Shown piece by piece: positions 36,928-47,050 of a DNA stretch of 64,000 nt. Origin of the DNA: Botryllus schlosseri. Lineage: Eukaryota. Positions within the stretch are counted from its first letter, which is position 1; each line of letters begins with the position of its first letter. A program made the translations under genes and the position numbers. The DNA is taken from the NCBI GenBank assembly GCA_051294905.1, contig CM119377.1, positions 29,884,001 to 29,948,000 of the forward strand, read 5' to 3'. A model generated the notes under the pieces. That model was not told where the DNA came from. It did not search any database and saw only the letters and a list, made by a program, of their open reading frames with translations.

Positions 36928-37258
36928 ACTACAATTCCCCGCATTTCGAAGCAAGGACGAATGGGAAAAGAAATTTGATAAACATATATCGAAAATTAAA
37001 AGCTCTCCATTAAATGCTTCCGAGAAACTAGCTCTGTATAGGCATGGTATTGCTCAACTGAGAAACTTGAGAAAAGACGTAGACGCAGCGACCGCCCGCC
37101 CTCCCGCCGCACACACGGGGCTCGCGAGCCCCGTAGCGAAAGAAAAGCGCCCGCAAAAGAAACGCCCGCGCCGGATTCCACAACCTTCGTTTCCCTGGCT
37201 TTATAAGAGACAGCGTAAGCCTAATCCCCGTATATACGGGAAAGAATGGGAGACGTAG
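36920..37258 (+). CDS. Small basic Maverick protein upstream of integrase (112 aa)
   Basis: Intact ORF overlapping both neighbours; SEKLALY helix and Pro/Arg-rich tail. Confidence 0.65.
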   Translation: MRELQFPAFRSKDEWEKKFDKHISKIKSSPLNASEKLALYRHGIAQLRNLRKDVDAATARPPAAHTGLASPVAKEKRPQKKRPRRIPQPSFPWLYKRQRKPNPRIYGKEWET

Positions 37259-38244
37259 ACTATTTTGATCCGAAACAGCCCAAATCGTATAGGGTCGCTT
37301 ATTTGCAAAAGGAAAAAGAATGGCTTAAAGGACAAGATACTTATACTTTTCATTTTCCGTTACGTAAGAAATTTAGGCGTGAACGTGTAGTGGTCTCCGG
37401 TATCAATGCTCAGTTTCAGAGCGATTTGATGGATCTGCAATCTATTTCAAAGTACAATAGCGGTTTTCGTTTTGTGGTGGTCGTGATTGATATTTTTAGC
37501 AAATACCTTTGGATGATAGCGATTAAAAATAAAACTGCTTCAAGTATGATTTCTGCTTTCAAACGTGTGTTTCGTGAACGCGTACCGTTAGTGTTACAAA
37601 CCGATCAAGGTAGCGAATATACCAATCGCGCTTTCCAGAATTATCTAAAGGAGAACAAAGTTAGATATTTCTATACGAGGAGCGAATTAAAATCCTCTGT
37701 CGTTGAAAGGGTGATTCGTACTATGAAGGCGATTATGTATCGATTTTTCACAAAAAATAACACGAGGAATTACGTGAGCGCTCTCGATGACTTTACTTAC
37801 TCCTACAACAGGACGTACCATGGTAGCATTGCCATGGCCCCAAACCAAGTGAATTCGTCTAATCAGGAATCGGTTTGGAGAAGACTTTACGGGTTTCAAG
37901 AAGCTAAACAACCCGACCTCGCTGTAGGAGTACCCGTCCGTATATCGAAAATTCGAAATCTTTTTGAGAAAAGCAGCCTACCCAACTGGCAACGGGAAAT
38001 TTTCTATATCGCAGACGCCCAAAAGGGGGATCCCCCAATGTATCGCTTACGTGATTACGGTGGTGAAGTCATACAGGGTAGATTTTATAGAGAGGAGCTC
38101 CAACGCGTAAAAGAACCGCAAACTTGGCGTGTCGAGAAGATTATAAGAAGGCGTAAACGCGCGGGACGAGAACAGTATTTAGTGCGCTGGTTGGGATATG
38201 GAAGTGGATTCGACAGCTGGGTCGATAAGAAGGATATCGTCTAG
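37246..38244 (+). CDS. int: Retroviral-like DDE integrase with C-terminal chromodomain-like region (332 aa, intact)
   Basis: QSDL, QTDQGSEY and VVERVIRT catalytic motifs; YLVRWLGY...SWV. Confidence 0.96.
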   Translation: MGDVDYFDPKQPKSYRVAYLQKEKEWLKGQDTYTFHFPLRKKFRRERVVVSGINAQFQSDLMDLQSISKYNSGFRFVVVVIDIFSKYLWMIAIKNKTASSMISAFKRVFRERVPLVLQTDQGSEYTNRAFQNYLKENKVRYFYTRSELKSSVVERVIRTMKAIMYRFFTKNNTRNYVSALDDFTYSYNRTYHGSIAMAPNQVNSSNQESVWRRLYGFQEAKQPDLAVGVPVRISKIRNLFEKSSLPNWQREIFYIADAQKGDPPMYRLRDYGGEVIQGRFYREELQRVKEPQTWRVEKIIRRRKRAGREQYLVRWLGYGSGFDSWVDKKDIV

Positions 38245-38407
38245 TCGGAACCTTTATCAGTTTTTGGCGCAACTAGTAATCATACTGGTCATCGTATCGT
38301 TCTCTCTCTATAATCTTACCATTTCGAATGGGAACAAAGAGCTTTGGATATCACTGCTCTCCTCTTGCGTTGGTTATATGCTTCCGAATCCCAAGCTCAA
38401 AATATGA
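38198..38407 (+). CDS. Small two-helix membrane protein (69 aa)
   Basis: Hydrophobic LAQLVIILVIVSFSLYNL and LWISLLSSCVGYML; homologue in A at 47825-48025. Confidence 0.7.
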   Translation: MEVDSTAGSIRRISSSRNLYQFLAQLVIILVIVSFSLYNLTISNGNKELWISLLSSCVGYMLPNPKLKI

Positions 38408-39213
38408 GCTACGTCACGCTATTTTCGAACGCTTCCATGGATAAATTTCCTGATAATACAACAGCGAGTTATTGCGTTGAATTGGACGTCCCGAAAAACG
38501 TGGAAGATACAGAAGTTTCTCTGGCTGAGACCTCCTTCCCTACGGATTATCAAAAACAGTATAGGATCACGAAGAATAGGTATGGGATCAGATCGCAAAA
38601 GAGAGCAAGAAACTTTCATTTTAAATTGGGAGAATACGACTCGTTATATGACATGTATAGATCGTTGGAAAGAGACAATCCTGATGCAAAAGTAACATGT
38701 TTCCCAGAAAATCATAGTATGTCTATCTCTATACCTCATAACGAGGTAACCGACAAATTGCGACCAGAGACGGACATAGGGCATAGTAGCTTGCTACGCC
38801 TCGGAGAATTGTACGGTGCTCTTATGCATAAGGAAACGAGGGAGGAGTTATTGGTGTTTCATTTCCCGAATACTAATTGTACATTGTGGAATTATTTTTT
38901 CATCGAGGGTATCATTCATTTGAACTTTCGCATGCGACATGATCCGACTATCGATTTCGTTTATGTTCATTGTAATATCATTGAGCCACAAGAAGATAGC
39001 GGTAGGCTCTTACCGTTGTTACGCGTCGTACAGGTGAACAATCGTAAATCATTTTCGAAATATTACACGAAGCCTTTTTATTTCCCTGTTAATATAAATA
39101 GGCTGGAACGCGTCGAAATATCGCTACTTGATGAGAAGGGTGAGAAAATACCCTTTCGAAGTTCTCCTTCGAGTGTTGTATTGCATTTTCGTAGACGGGG
39201 AGTTGCATTATGA
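38404..39213 (+). CDS. mCP: Minor capsid protein (penton) 1 of C
   Basis: N-terminal VTLFSNASM..FPDNT and C-terminal VYVHCNIIEPQ...PLLRVV Maverick penton motifs. Confidence 0.88.
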   Translation: MSYVTLFSNASMDKFPDNTTASYCVELDVPKNVEDTEVSLAETSFPTDYQKQYRITKNRYGIRSQKRARNFHFKLGEYDSLYDMYRSLERDNPDAKVTCFPENHSMSISIPHNEVTDKLRPETDIGHSSLLRLGELYGALMHKETREELLVFHFPNTNCTLWNYFFIEGIIHLNFRMRHDPTIDFVYVHCNIIEPQEDSGRLLPLLRVVQVNNRKSFSKYYTKPFYFPVNINRLERVEISLLDEKGEKIPFRSSPSSVVLHFRRRGVAL

Positions 39214-39930
39214 TATATTCATATTACGTCACACGAGTCTGATTTTACTATCGATCTCGCAAAACCGATAGATTCTGGTGAATGGGAGATAGGGCTTGCC
39301 GAGTTGTCTTTTAAAAATAATTTTCAGCCCACGTTCGAGCCTTACGACGGCTTATTATGGTACGTGAATGATGCGGAAGGCGATAATAATTTTTATTATT
39401 TCCCGGCTGGTGATTATCACGATAAAATTAGTTTGATGAAGCGTATCAATCACGATCAGAAAAAAGCACGATTTATTTGGGTAGATGGTTCTGGTCCGGT
39501 CTTGATAGCGGGACCTTACAAGAGTTCTAGCGGTCCGAGACTTTTTATGGATAATAGAAACCCCGTTCTCAGAGGAGGCACTCGTTCGGAGGTAGAGCTA
39601 GATGGTGGATTACATAGACGAAGAAAAATTCACTTTCAAGGGGAACCTGTGTCCGTGACCAACGTTTTAGTTTATACGGATGTCATCACCCCTCAAATTG
39701 TAGGTGATACGAGTGCGCCTCTACTACGCAATATCCGCGTTACGACAGGAATAGATGAATATCAACATATGCTATTCAAAAAAATATATTTCTTTCCTCT
39801 GAATACGGAGCGAGTAAGCGAGATACGCGTTATGCTTCGTAATGATAAAGGCGAAGCTATAAAGTTTGGGAACGCGCCTCTTCATCTCACACTTGCTTTG
39901 AGACATCATGAGGAGTCATTATTGCTGTGA
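39210..39930 (+). CDS. mCP: Minor capsid protein (penton) 2 of C; the ATG at 39210 is out of frame by one base
   Basis: WEIGLAELSF and VYTDVITPQIVGD..APLLR motifs; open frame starts at 39214. Confidence 0.8.
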
Positions 39931-40279
39931 TCGGGAGGCGTTCAGAAACTATTATCACCAACAGAGCGGTGGTGATATCAATTTTTTTCGGGGTAAAGTG
40001 CAGAGAGGTCATGGACTTGGAAACTTATTTCGTTCGTTCGGAAGAAGCGTTATGCCCCTAATTTCGAAAGGTGCAAAATCACTCGGCAAGCGTCTACTAC
40101 ATACCGGTGCGCAAGTAGCCTCTGATGTTCTTAATGGAGAGAATGTCGGCGATAGTCTTAAAATACGCGGAAAAGAAGCCGCTGGGAACGCTCTCGATTC
40201 TTTACTGAGAAAAAGAAAAATGCCAAGACGGGGTCGTAAGATCACGAAAAAGAGACGTCGCAAAGATATTTTCGATTAA
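39908..40279 (+). CDS. Small basic virion protein with QxGG/QxGxG motifs and an amphipathic helix (123 aa)
   Basis: QSGG-D, QRGHG-LGNLFRSFGRSVMPLISKGAKSLGK; Arg/Lys tail; lies directly upstream of MCP. Confidence 0.85.
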   Translation: MRSHYCCDREAFRNYYHQQSGGDINFFRGKVQRGHGLGNLFRSFGRSVMPLISKGAKSLGKRLLHTGAQVASDVLNGENVGDSLKIRGKEAAGNALDSLLRKRKMPRRGRKITKKRRRKDIFD

Positions 40280-40328
40280 ATATATATTACACGGCGATAA
40301 GCATCATTTGTTACTTGAGACTTGATAG

Positions 40329-41606
40329 ATGGCGGAGTTAATTCATGTACAGTCCCCAGATGGGGTACATCCCTCATTGGATTTATTTCACATTCCCGCG
40401 ACACAGACTAGCGTTGAAAAGAAAAGAATCATCAAGATAGCACCGATTTCGAACAACTCTAGTGTGATAACATTCCGCTTCGAAGGGTCAGAAGACTTTA
40501 TCGATTTGAGCGAGAGCTATTTCTTATTTCATTTACAATTAAAGAAAGATGGCGAAGCAATTGGCGTAGATGATGATGTTGGTGTTGTAAATAATATCTT
40601 GGATTCCTTGATTTCTCAACTACAAATTAAAGTCGCTAACGAAACTTTGAAACAAGATATAAAAGTACAGTGTTATTCGTCCTATCTGCACAATTTATTC
40701 ACTCCGCTTGACGTGCAAAATAGCACACTGAGGGCCTCAGGATGGAGAAAAGATACTTTAGGAGAAATGGATACGATTGGTGGAACTAGCGCCTCGGCTA
40801 ACAAAGGATATTACAACAGGAGTAAAGCCTATAAGGATGATAACGTGGTGGAAATACGTGCGAAAATCCATCACGGACTATGTCTGCAAGACCGCTACAT
40901 CCTACATGACGTGCCTCTCGAGTTTGAGCTTACCTTGAATCCGAAAAGCTTTTTCATGATGGGAGATGCTACCGGTCAATTCACCTTAACGAAAAAAGAA
41001 TTACAGTTATGTACCGTACGAGTCAGCGACGATGTGAAGACAGCGATGATGGTGAATGCTCAGGCGAAATATCCGTATATCGACATGAGGTTAATCACCC
41101 GAACATTTGCGGCTGCTACGACGCAGATAGATATCGGGAATCTATATAGCGGGACTCTACCTTCTCGCCTAATCATCGGAATGGTAGCTACGAAAGCCTT
41201 TCAAGGCGATGTTACGAAAAATCCTTATAATTTCATACACAATAATATGCAACGACTCGAACTGAAACTGAGCGGATTTCTGATTCCGGAGGGAGGTTAT
41301 GAGCTAGATTTCGATAAGGGTCATTACACGGAGCTTTACCATAACCTGATTGAAGGTACGGGTGCAATGGAGAAAAACACAGGGCTCCTAACGCCCGAAG
41401 AGTTCGCTAGTGGTTTCTGTCTACTGGTTTATAATTTGCGCCCTGATGATTTGGATGATTGCTTTGACTTACAAAAGAGTGGTACCTTAAGTTTACGGAT
41501 CACATTTCCTGTTGGCGGGCTAACAGCGGAAACTACTTTGCTCTGTTTCATGGAATTGCAGAAGCTATTGCAAATCAGTAGCAGTCGTAAAGTGACCGTG
41601 CTATGA
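40329..41606 (+). CDS. MCP: Major capsid protein (double jelly-roll) of C, 425 aa, intact
   Basis: LDLF.IP.TQTS, QDRYIL, AKYP and NPYNF motifs; position between core gene and protease. Confidence 0.93.
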   Translation: MAELIHVQSPDGVHPSLDLFHIPATQTSVEKKRIIKIAPISNNSSVITFRFEGSEDFIDLSESYFLFHLQLKKDGEAIGVDDDVGVVNNILDSLISQLQIKVANETLKQDIKVQCYSSYLHNLFTPLDVQNSTLRASGWRKDTLGEMDTIGGTSASANKGYYNRSKAYKDDNVVEIRAKIHHGLCLQDRYILHDVPLEFELTLNPKSFFMMGDATGQFTLTKKELQLCTVRVSDDVKTAMMVNAQAKYPYIDMRLITRTFAAATTQIDIGNLYSGTLPSRLIIGMVATKAFQGDVTKNPYNFIHNNMQRLELKLSGFLIPEGGYELDFDKGHYTELYHNLIEGTGAMEKNTGLLTPEEFASGFCLLVYNLRPDDLDDCFDLQKSGTLSLRITFPVGGLTAETTLLCFMELQKLLQISSSRKVTVL

Positions 41607-42058
41607 ACGGAGATGAAATAAACCAAATATTGTGGTGCTGCGAGTCAACAAAACATATTTTCCTTGGCACATTTCCTATCGATCGACTGCCGAGGCGACC
41701 CCCTCCTCCTTATGCTATCGTGATCAATTATGACGAAGCTCGAAAAATCGGAAGTCACTGGATATGCATTTACGCGGATGAGGATGAGACACATTTTCAC
41801 GATAGCTTTGGCTTAATGCCGCTGAAATACGAGATTGCGTGCTTTATAGAACCAGAAAATTATACCTGCTCCATAAAGCGTCTGCAGCACAAACGTTCCA
41901 GAGCGTGCGGTCATCATTGTCTAAGCTTTATCGTCCATAAGGCGCGCGGATGGAGTACGGAACGTTATTTAAATTCCTTTGGCGAAGATCACCGCAAGAA
42001 TGATTCGATCGTACGTCGCTTCGTCAAGGAGCTGAAGCAAGAAAATAAAATTGTATAA
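41603..42058 (+). CDS. PRO: Adenain-like cysteine protease of C (151 aa, intact)
   Basis: GSHW, FHDSFG, LQ...CG catalytic motifs. Confidence 0.94.
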   Translation: MNGDEINQILWCCESTKHIFLGTFPIDRLPRRPPPPYAIVINYDEARKIGSHWICIYADEDETHFHDSFGLMPLKYEIACFIEPENYTCSIKRLQHKRSRACGHHCLSFIVHKARGWSTERYLNSFGEDHRKNDSIVRRFVKELKQENKIV

Positions 42059-44648
42059 ATGTATATGCGAATAAAAATCAATAGTTTCAAAGTTTGCTTA
42101 GTACGTTTAAGGGTGATATTCGCTACGTTCATTATAGCAATCATCTCAAAGTAGTAGACTCTAAATCGGCAGTAGCGACTTGCTTTCGGTTAGGTGATAG
42201 TGGCTACATATTACCATTATCTAGCAAGAACCAGGAATTTGTATTGAGTGACTTCGCTCCTACTGCAAACGCAACTTACATTAGGCGGTACTGAACATCG
42301 AGTAATAAGCGGGACTAGGCAGGCTACCGTTAATACGAATTTGCATTTTGCTGCTACAATCTATGCTATAGTTGAGCGACTTTGATACGACCTCGGCACA
42401 CTTCTTTGATATAGCTGCGCAGAGATGTAGCCTTGAACGCTAGCGTCTGGGACAGATGTGATGTCAGTGATATGAAATGTTATAGCCCGCAGTGACATAG
42501 CGTTTTAGGAGATAAATTATAGCATAGACATAGGTTATAGATTTAATTCACTGTCGGAAAAGCATCAGTGCCCTAGCTATTAAAATCACATATCTAAAAG
42601 CAGCAGCTTATGGACTAGTGGCTTCATATTATCATCATCTAGCAAGAGCCAGGAATTTGTATTGAGTGACTTCGTTCCTATAGCCCCGATTGAGTGACTT
42701 CGCTCCTACAGCAAACGCAGCTTACATTACGGCGGTACTGAACATCGAGTAATAAGCGGGACTAGGCAGGCTACCCTTATTACGAATTTGCATTTTGCTG
42801 CTACAATCTATGCTATAGTTGAGCGACTTTGATACGACCTCGGCACACTTCTTTGATATAGCTGCGCAGAGATGTAGCCTTGAACGCTAGCGTTTGGGAC
42901 AGATGTGATGTCAGTGATCTGAAATGTTATAGCCCGCAGTGGCATAGCGTTTTAGGAGATAAATTATAGCATAGACATAGGTTTAGCTATAGATTTAATT
43001 CACTGTCGGAAAAGCATCAGTGCACTAGCTATTAAAATGACATATCTAAAAGCAGCAGCTTATGGACTTGTAAAATCGGCATAATGCAAATCACATATCT
43101 AAAAGCAGCAGCTTATGGACTAGTGGCTTCATATTATCATCATCTAGCAAGAGCCAGGAATTTGTATTGAGCGACTTCATTCCTATAGCCCCGGCAAACG
43201 CCCCCCTCCTCCTTATGCTATCGTGATCAATTATGACGAAGCTCGAAAAATCGGAAGTCACTGGATATGCATTTACGCGGATGAGGATGAGACACATTTT
43301 CACGATAGCTTTGGCTTAATGCCGCTGAAATACGAGATTGCCTGCTTTATAGAACCAGAAAATTATACCTGCTCCATAAAGCGTCTGCAGCACAAACGTT
43401 CCAGAGCTTGCGGTCGTCATTGTCTAAGCTTCATCGTCCATAAGGCGCGCGGATGGAGTACGGAACGTTATTTAAATTCCTTTGGCGAAGATCACCGCAA
43501 GAATGATTCGATCGTACGACGCTTCGTCAAGGAGCTGAAGCAAGAAAATGAAATTGTATAAATGTATATGCGAATAAAATCAATAGTTTCAAAGTTTGCT
43601 TAGTACGTTTAAGGGTGATATTCGCTACGTTCATTATAGCAATCATCTCAAAGTAGTAGACTCTAAATCAGCAGTAGCGACTTGCTTTCGGTTCGGTGAT
43701 AGTGGCTACATATTACCATCATCTAGCAAGAAACAGGAATTTGTATTGAGTGACTTCGCTCCTACAGCAAACGCAACTTACATTACGGCGTTACTGTACA
43801 TCGAGTAATAAGCGGGACTAGGCAGGCTACCCTTAATACGAATTTGCATTTTGCTGGTACAATCTATGCTATAGTTGAGCGACTTTGATACGACCTCGGC
43901 ACACTTCTTTGATATAGCTGCGCAAAGATGTAGCCTTGAACGCTAGCGTCTGGGACAGATGTGATGTCAGTGATCTGAAATGTTATAGTCCGCAGTGGCA
44001 TAGCGTTTTAGGAGATAAATTATAGCATAGACATATGTTTAGCTATAGATTTAATTCACTGTCGGAAAAGCATCAGTGCACTAGCTATTAAAATCACATA
44101 TCTAAAAGCAGCAGCTTATGGACTTGTAAAATCGGCATAATGCAAATCACATATCTAAAAGCAGCAGCTTATGGACTAGTGGCTTCATATTATCATCATC
44201 TAGCAAGAGCCAGGAATTTGTATTGAGTGACTTCGTTCCTATAGCCCTGACAAACGCAGCTTACATTAATACGGCGTTACTGAACATCGAGTAATAAGCG
44301 AAGCTAGCCAGGCTACACTTAATACGAATTTGCATTTTGCGGGCACAATCTATGCTATAGTTGAGCGAGTTGAAATGATACGACCTCGGCACACTTCTTC
44401 GATATAGATATAGCTGCGCAAAGATGTAGCCTTGAACGCTAGCGTCTGGAACAGATGTGATGTCAGTGATCTGAAATGTTATAGCTTCAACCCGCAGTGG
44501 CATAGCGTTTTAAAATGGGAGATAAATTATAGCATAGACATAGGTTTAGCTATAGATTTAATTCACTATCGGAAAAGCATCAGTGCACTAGCTATTAAAA
44601 TCACATATCTAAAAGCAGCAGCTTATGGACTTGTAAAATCGGCATAAT
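41699..44648 (+). repeat. Higher-order tandem duplication (~1.5-kb period) containing the 3' part of the protease gene and a ~420-470-bp unit (four full copies and one partial)
   Basis: 41699-43200 is repeated at 43201-44648; units start near 42198, 42616, 43121 (partial), 43699 and 44177. Confidence 0.88.
43201..43561 (+). pseudogene. 5'-truncated duplicate of C's protease gene
   Basis: Near-identical to 41699-42058; CGRHC versus CGHHC, ENEIV versus ENKIV. Confidence 0.9.
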
Positions 44649-45348
44649 CTCAGTAGTTAGATGCTTGCTACAACTCGCAATTTATCAACTTTAGGTCGTG
44701 AGTAAAGCAAGAATTCATAGACTAACATCCATCTCAAATCCGAAGTGCATACCCGCGTAATTATAACCAAATTTAGTGCGAATCTATACGGAAATGTAGC
44801 CTAATCACCTGCGTCATTAGGTGAAGTGCATAGCGCGATAGTTGTGATAAATGCGAAATTTTCCGAGCGTAAATTGCGTATATGCGATGTCGGCGTTTTG
44901 ATCTGAAATGAAATGAGCGAATTTAAATATAGGTGATAAACTATTGCTCTAGCTAATTATTATAACCACACCGAGATTCGAGTAATAAGCGAGCCTAGAT
45001 AGTCTACCTTTAACAGAAAACTTGCGTATACATTCGAATTTGTGCGACTTCGGCTATATTGCCGGTTAACATTATAGCCGCGCGCAGGACTCCCCATTAC
45101 GTTAGCTATTGGAGAAATCTCAACGTAAATCAATCTGCGTTCACAATTCGCGTAAGCTAATGCTGCATCGAGAAATTATAGCTAAATTGAGTTTAAATTG
45201 ACACGAAAATACATTGGTCTTACCTCGTCTGCGATACCTGCATCCCTGCGCACATGGCAATACTTGTAATAGAAATGTGAAGTTTTCAGAATGCGAATTG
45301 CTTTACGTCGGAACTAAACATTCTAATTCGTAACGCCAGCGCGGCGTT

Positions 45349-45490
45349 TTCTTGGAAACGCAACTATATTTAGAATGTTCTAATTCCCATTATCGATGTG
45401 GCCCGACTTTTTGGAATCGCAACTATATTTAGAATGTTCTAATTCATATTGTCGATGTGACCCGACTTCTTTGAATCGTAAGCAACTGTA
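45349..45490 (+). repeat. ~60-bp tandem repeat, about 2.3 copies, subterminal in C
   Basis: GCAACTATATTTAGAATGTTCTAATTC repeated. Confidence 0.75.
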
Positions 45491-45899
45491 TTCGTGGCAC
45501 ATTTACACGCGTCAATTTCTTGGAATAGTATTCGGCAATATGCGCGGCGCATGAGCTTTGCGTGATCGTAGGCCTTTATGGTTGCGATATCTGTATTATC
45601 AAGTTGCATTTGAAGAATTCCACAAAATCATTGACTAATTAATGATGACACAGATGACACACGAACATAGTCTTACATTTATGTGTAATAACTCGAAAAA
45701 GGTGTTGTCTCGGAATTTAAGAGAGAATCGGCGGTTATATTCTCAAAACAGCTCAATACGGCTAGTTTGCTCAATAGCCTGGTGGTGAGCGACGTGACAT
45801 TATACCCATCCAAACCAGGTTCGATTCTAGCTAAGGTAAGTTTTGACGTGGCAATGAGTGACATAGGTGCAGCAATCGACATCGCGCTGGTTGACGGGG

Positions 45900-46151
45900 T
45901 GCTGCGTGTCATATAGATGCGGCAATCAATGCGGTGATGATGTGGCAATGGATGATGTGGCACTATAGGCGTGGCGCTTGATGATGTGGCGCAGATGACG
46001 TAGCAGATGATGTGGCAAAGGGTGGATGATGTGCCAAGGGGTGTGCTATAGCTGCGGCAATGGGTGGATGATGTGACAGTGTAGGCGTGGCAATTAAGGC
46101 GACGTGGCCTTCTGTGATTGGTGCGTACCAATTTGACCAAACCCTAGTACT
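45900..46151 (-). repeat. Right imperfect TIR of C
   Basis: Reverse complement resembles 28524-28735. Confidence 0.8.
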
Positions 46152-46293
46152 GGCAGTATATGAAAGCGTAAAGACCTGCGCTAGATTTGATATTAAAATT
46201 CACCTCGGTTATAGCAATTTCGAGTCCTTTTTGAACCACAGCGCGAGGTAATTCGTATATAGGGCCCTTACCCCGCCAAGTCTGATACGCCAT
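46152..46293 (-). pseudogene. Third (minimal) minor-capsid-like gene of A, 5' part
   Basis: MAYQTWRGKGPIYELPRAVVQKGLEIAITEVNF...YAFIYC; continues in frame at 28517 once C and one TSD are removed. Confidence 0.8.
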
Positions 46294-47050
46294 CTCGTAA
46301 ATGGAGCGTCAACTCGATGTCGCTTGACTTTAGGCTTCTACCCAGGGAATCTCTGAGGCTGCTTCGTATATCACGAAAGCTTTGTACATCTGCTGGGACA
46401 TAAAGCGGTTTTCGAACTGTTACGTGCTGTCTGGTTAGCTCCGGAGTCGTGACGGGTACGATTCGCAGCAATCGCGACATATAGTCGCCTACAGGCAGAT
46501 GACGTATGACATCGCAATACACAAATATATATTGAGTTTTTCCTATAGGGGCCACGGGTGCGCTGTCAAACGCGATCTGTTCGACTCTGCGTAATTCCAC
46601 GGGGATCTCTCCGCCGTCTGCAATGATATCGTCTACTTCGAATCTCTGATGTGCTCGAATCGTGCGTTGGTTCGTAATAGTCGCATAGGATCCGGATGTC
46701 GATCTCATCTGAAAATATGAATCGGGTGGGAACCTCTCGCATACCAATCTGTTTTGACTCGGCGTGAAATACCAGTAAAATGCGCCAAGCTCTTGGCTGA
46801 TACGTTCCATTAAATCGTCGACGTTTTCGAAATTACCGGTAGGCAGTTCGTAGATTTCAGAGACTCGTTTGAGGATTACGTTATAAAACCGAAGTGCTTC
46901 AATACGCTCCGTTATCTGTATTCTTTCTTGAAAATCATGGATGAAATTAAATTCGACTAAAGCAATTTCCTTGTTTTGCGAGTCTATTTTAATCGGTAGC
47001 TCGGTTAGGAAATCGGGGCCGGATCCGGAGACCGTGATATAACTCATCAT
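46268..47050 (-). CDS. mCP: Minor capsid protein (penton) 2 of A (260 aa, intact)
   Basis: EIALVEFNF and IFVYCDVI...VGD...LLRIV motifs. Confidence 0.85.
   Translation of the reverse strand: MMSYITVSGSGPDFLTELPIKIDSQNKEIALVEFNFIHDFQERIQITERIEALRFYNVILKRVSEIYELPTGNFENVDDLMERISQELGAFYWYFTPSQNRLVCERFPPDSYFQMRSTSGSYATITNQRTIRAHQRFEVDDIIADGGEIPVELRRVEQIAFDSAPVAPIGKTQYIFVYCDVIRHLPVGDYMSRLLRIVPVTTPELTRQHVTVRKPLYVPADVQSFRDIRSSLRDSLGRSLKSSDIELTLHLRDGVSDLAG

Larger units (their letters stand above)
28524..46151 (+). mobile_element. Element C: 17,628-bp near-complete Maverick/Polinton nested in A, opposite orientation
   Basis: Termini AGTAGTAGGGTTT / AAACCCTAGTACT; perfect 6-bp TSD GGCAGT (28518-28523, 46152-46157); full core gene set. 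Confidence 0.95.

Noticed and set aside
42198-44648. CRISPR-like or defence array in element C
   Set aside because: Units are long, contiguous and spacer-free, consistent with tandem duplication.
45679-46140. Similar ORFs at 45679-46140 and 28535-28846
   Set aside because: They are translations of C's repetitive TIRs, not conserved beyond the repeats.
17525-46157. Shared target-site motif for the three Mavericks
   Set aside because: GACGTG, CCCGC(A/T) and GGCAGT share no consensus, so any targeting is not sequence-motif based.
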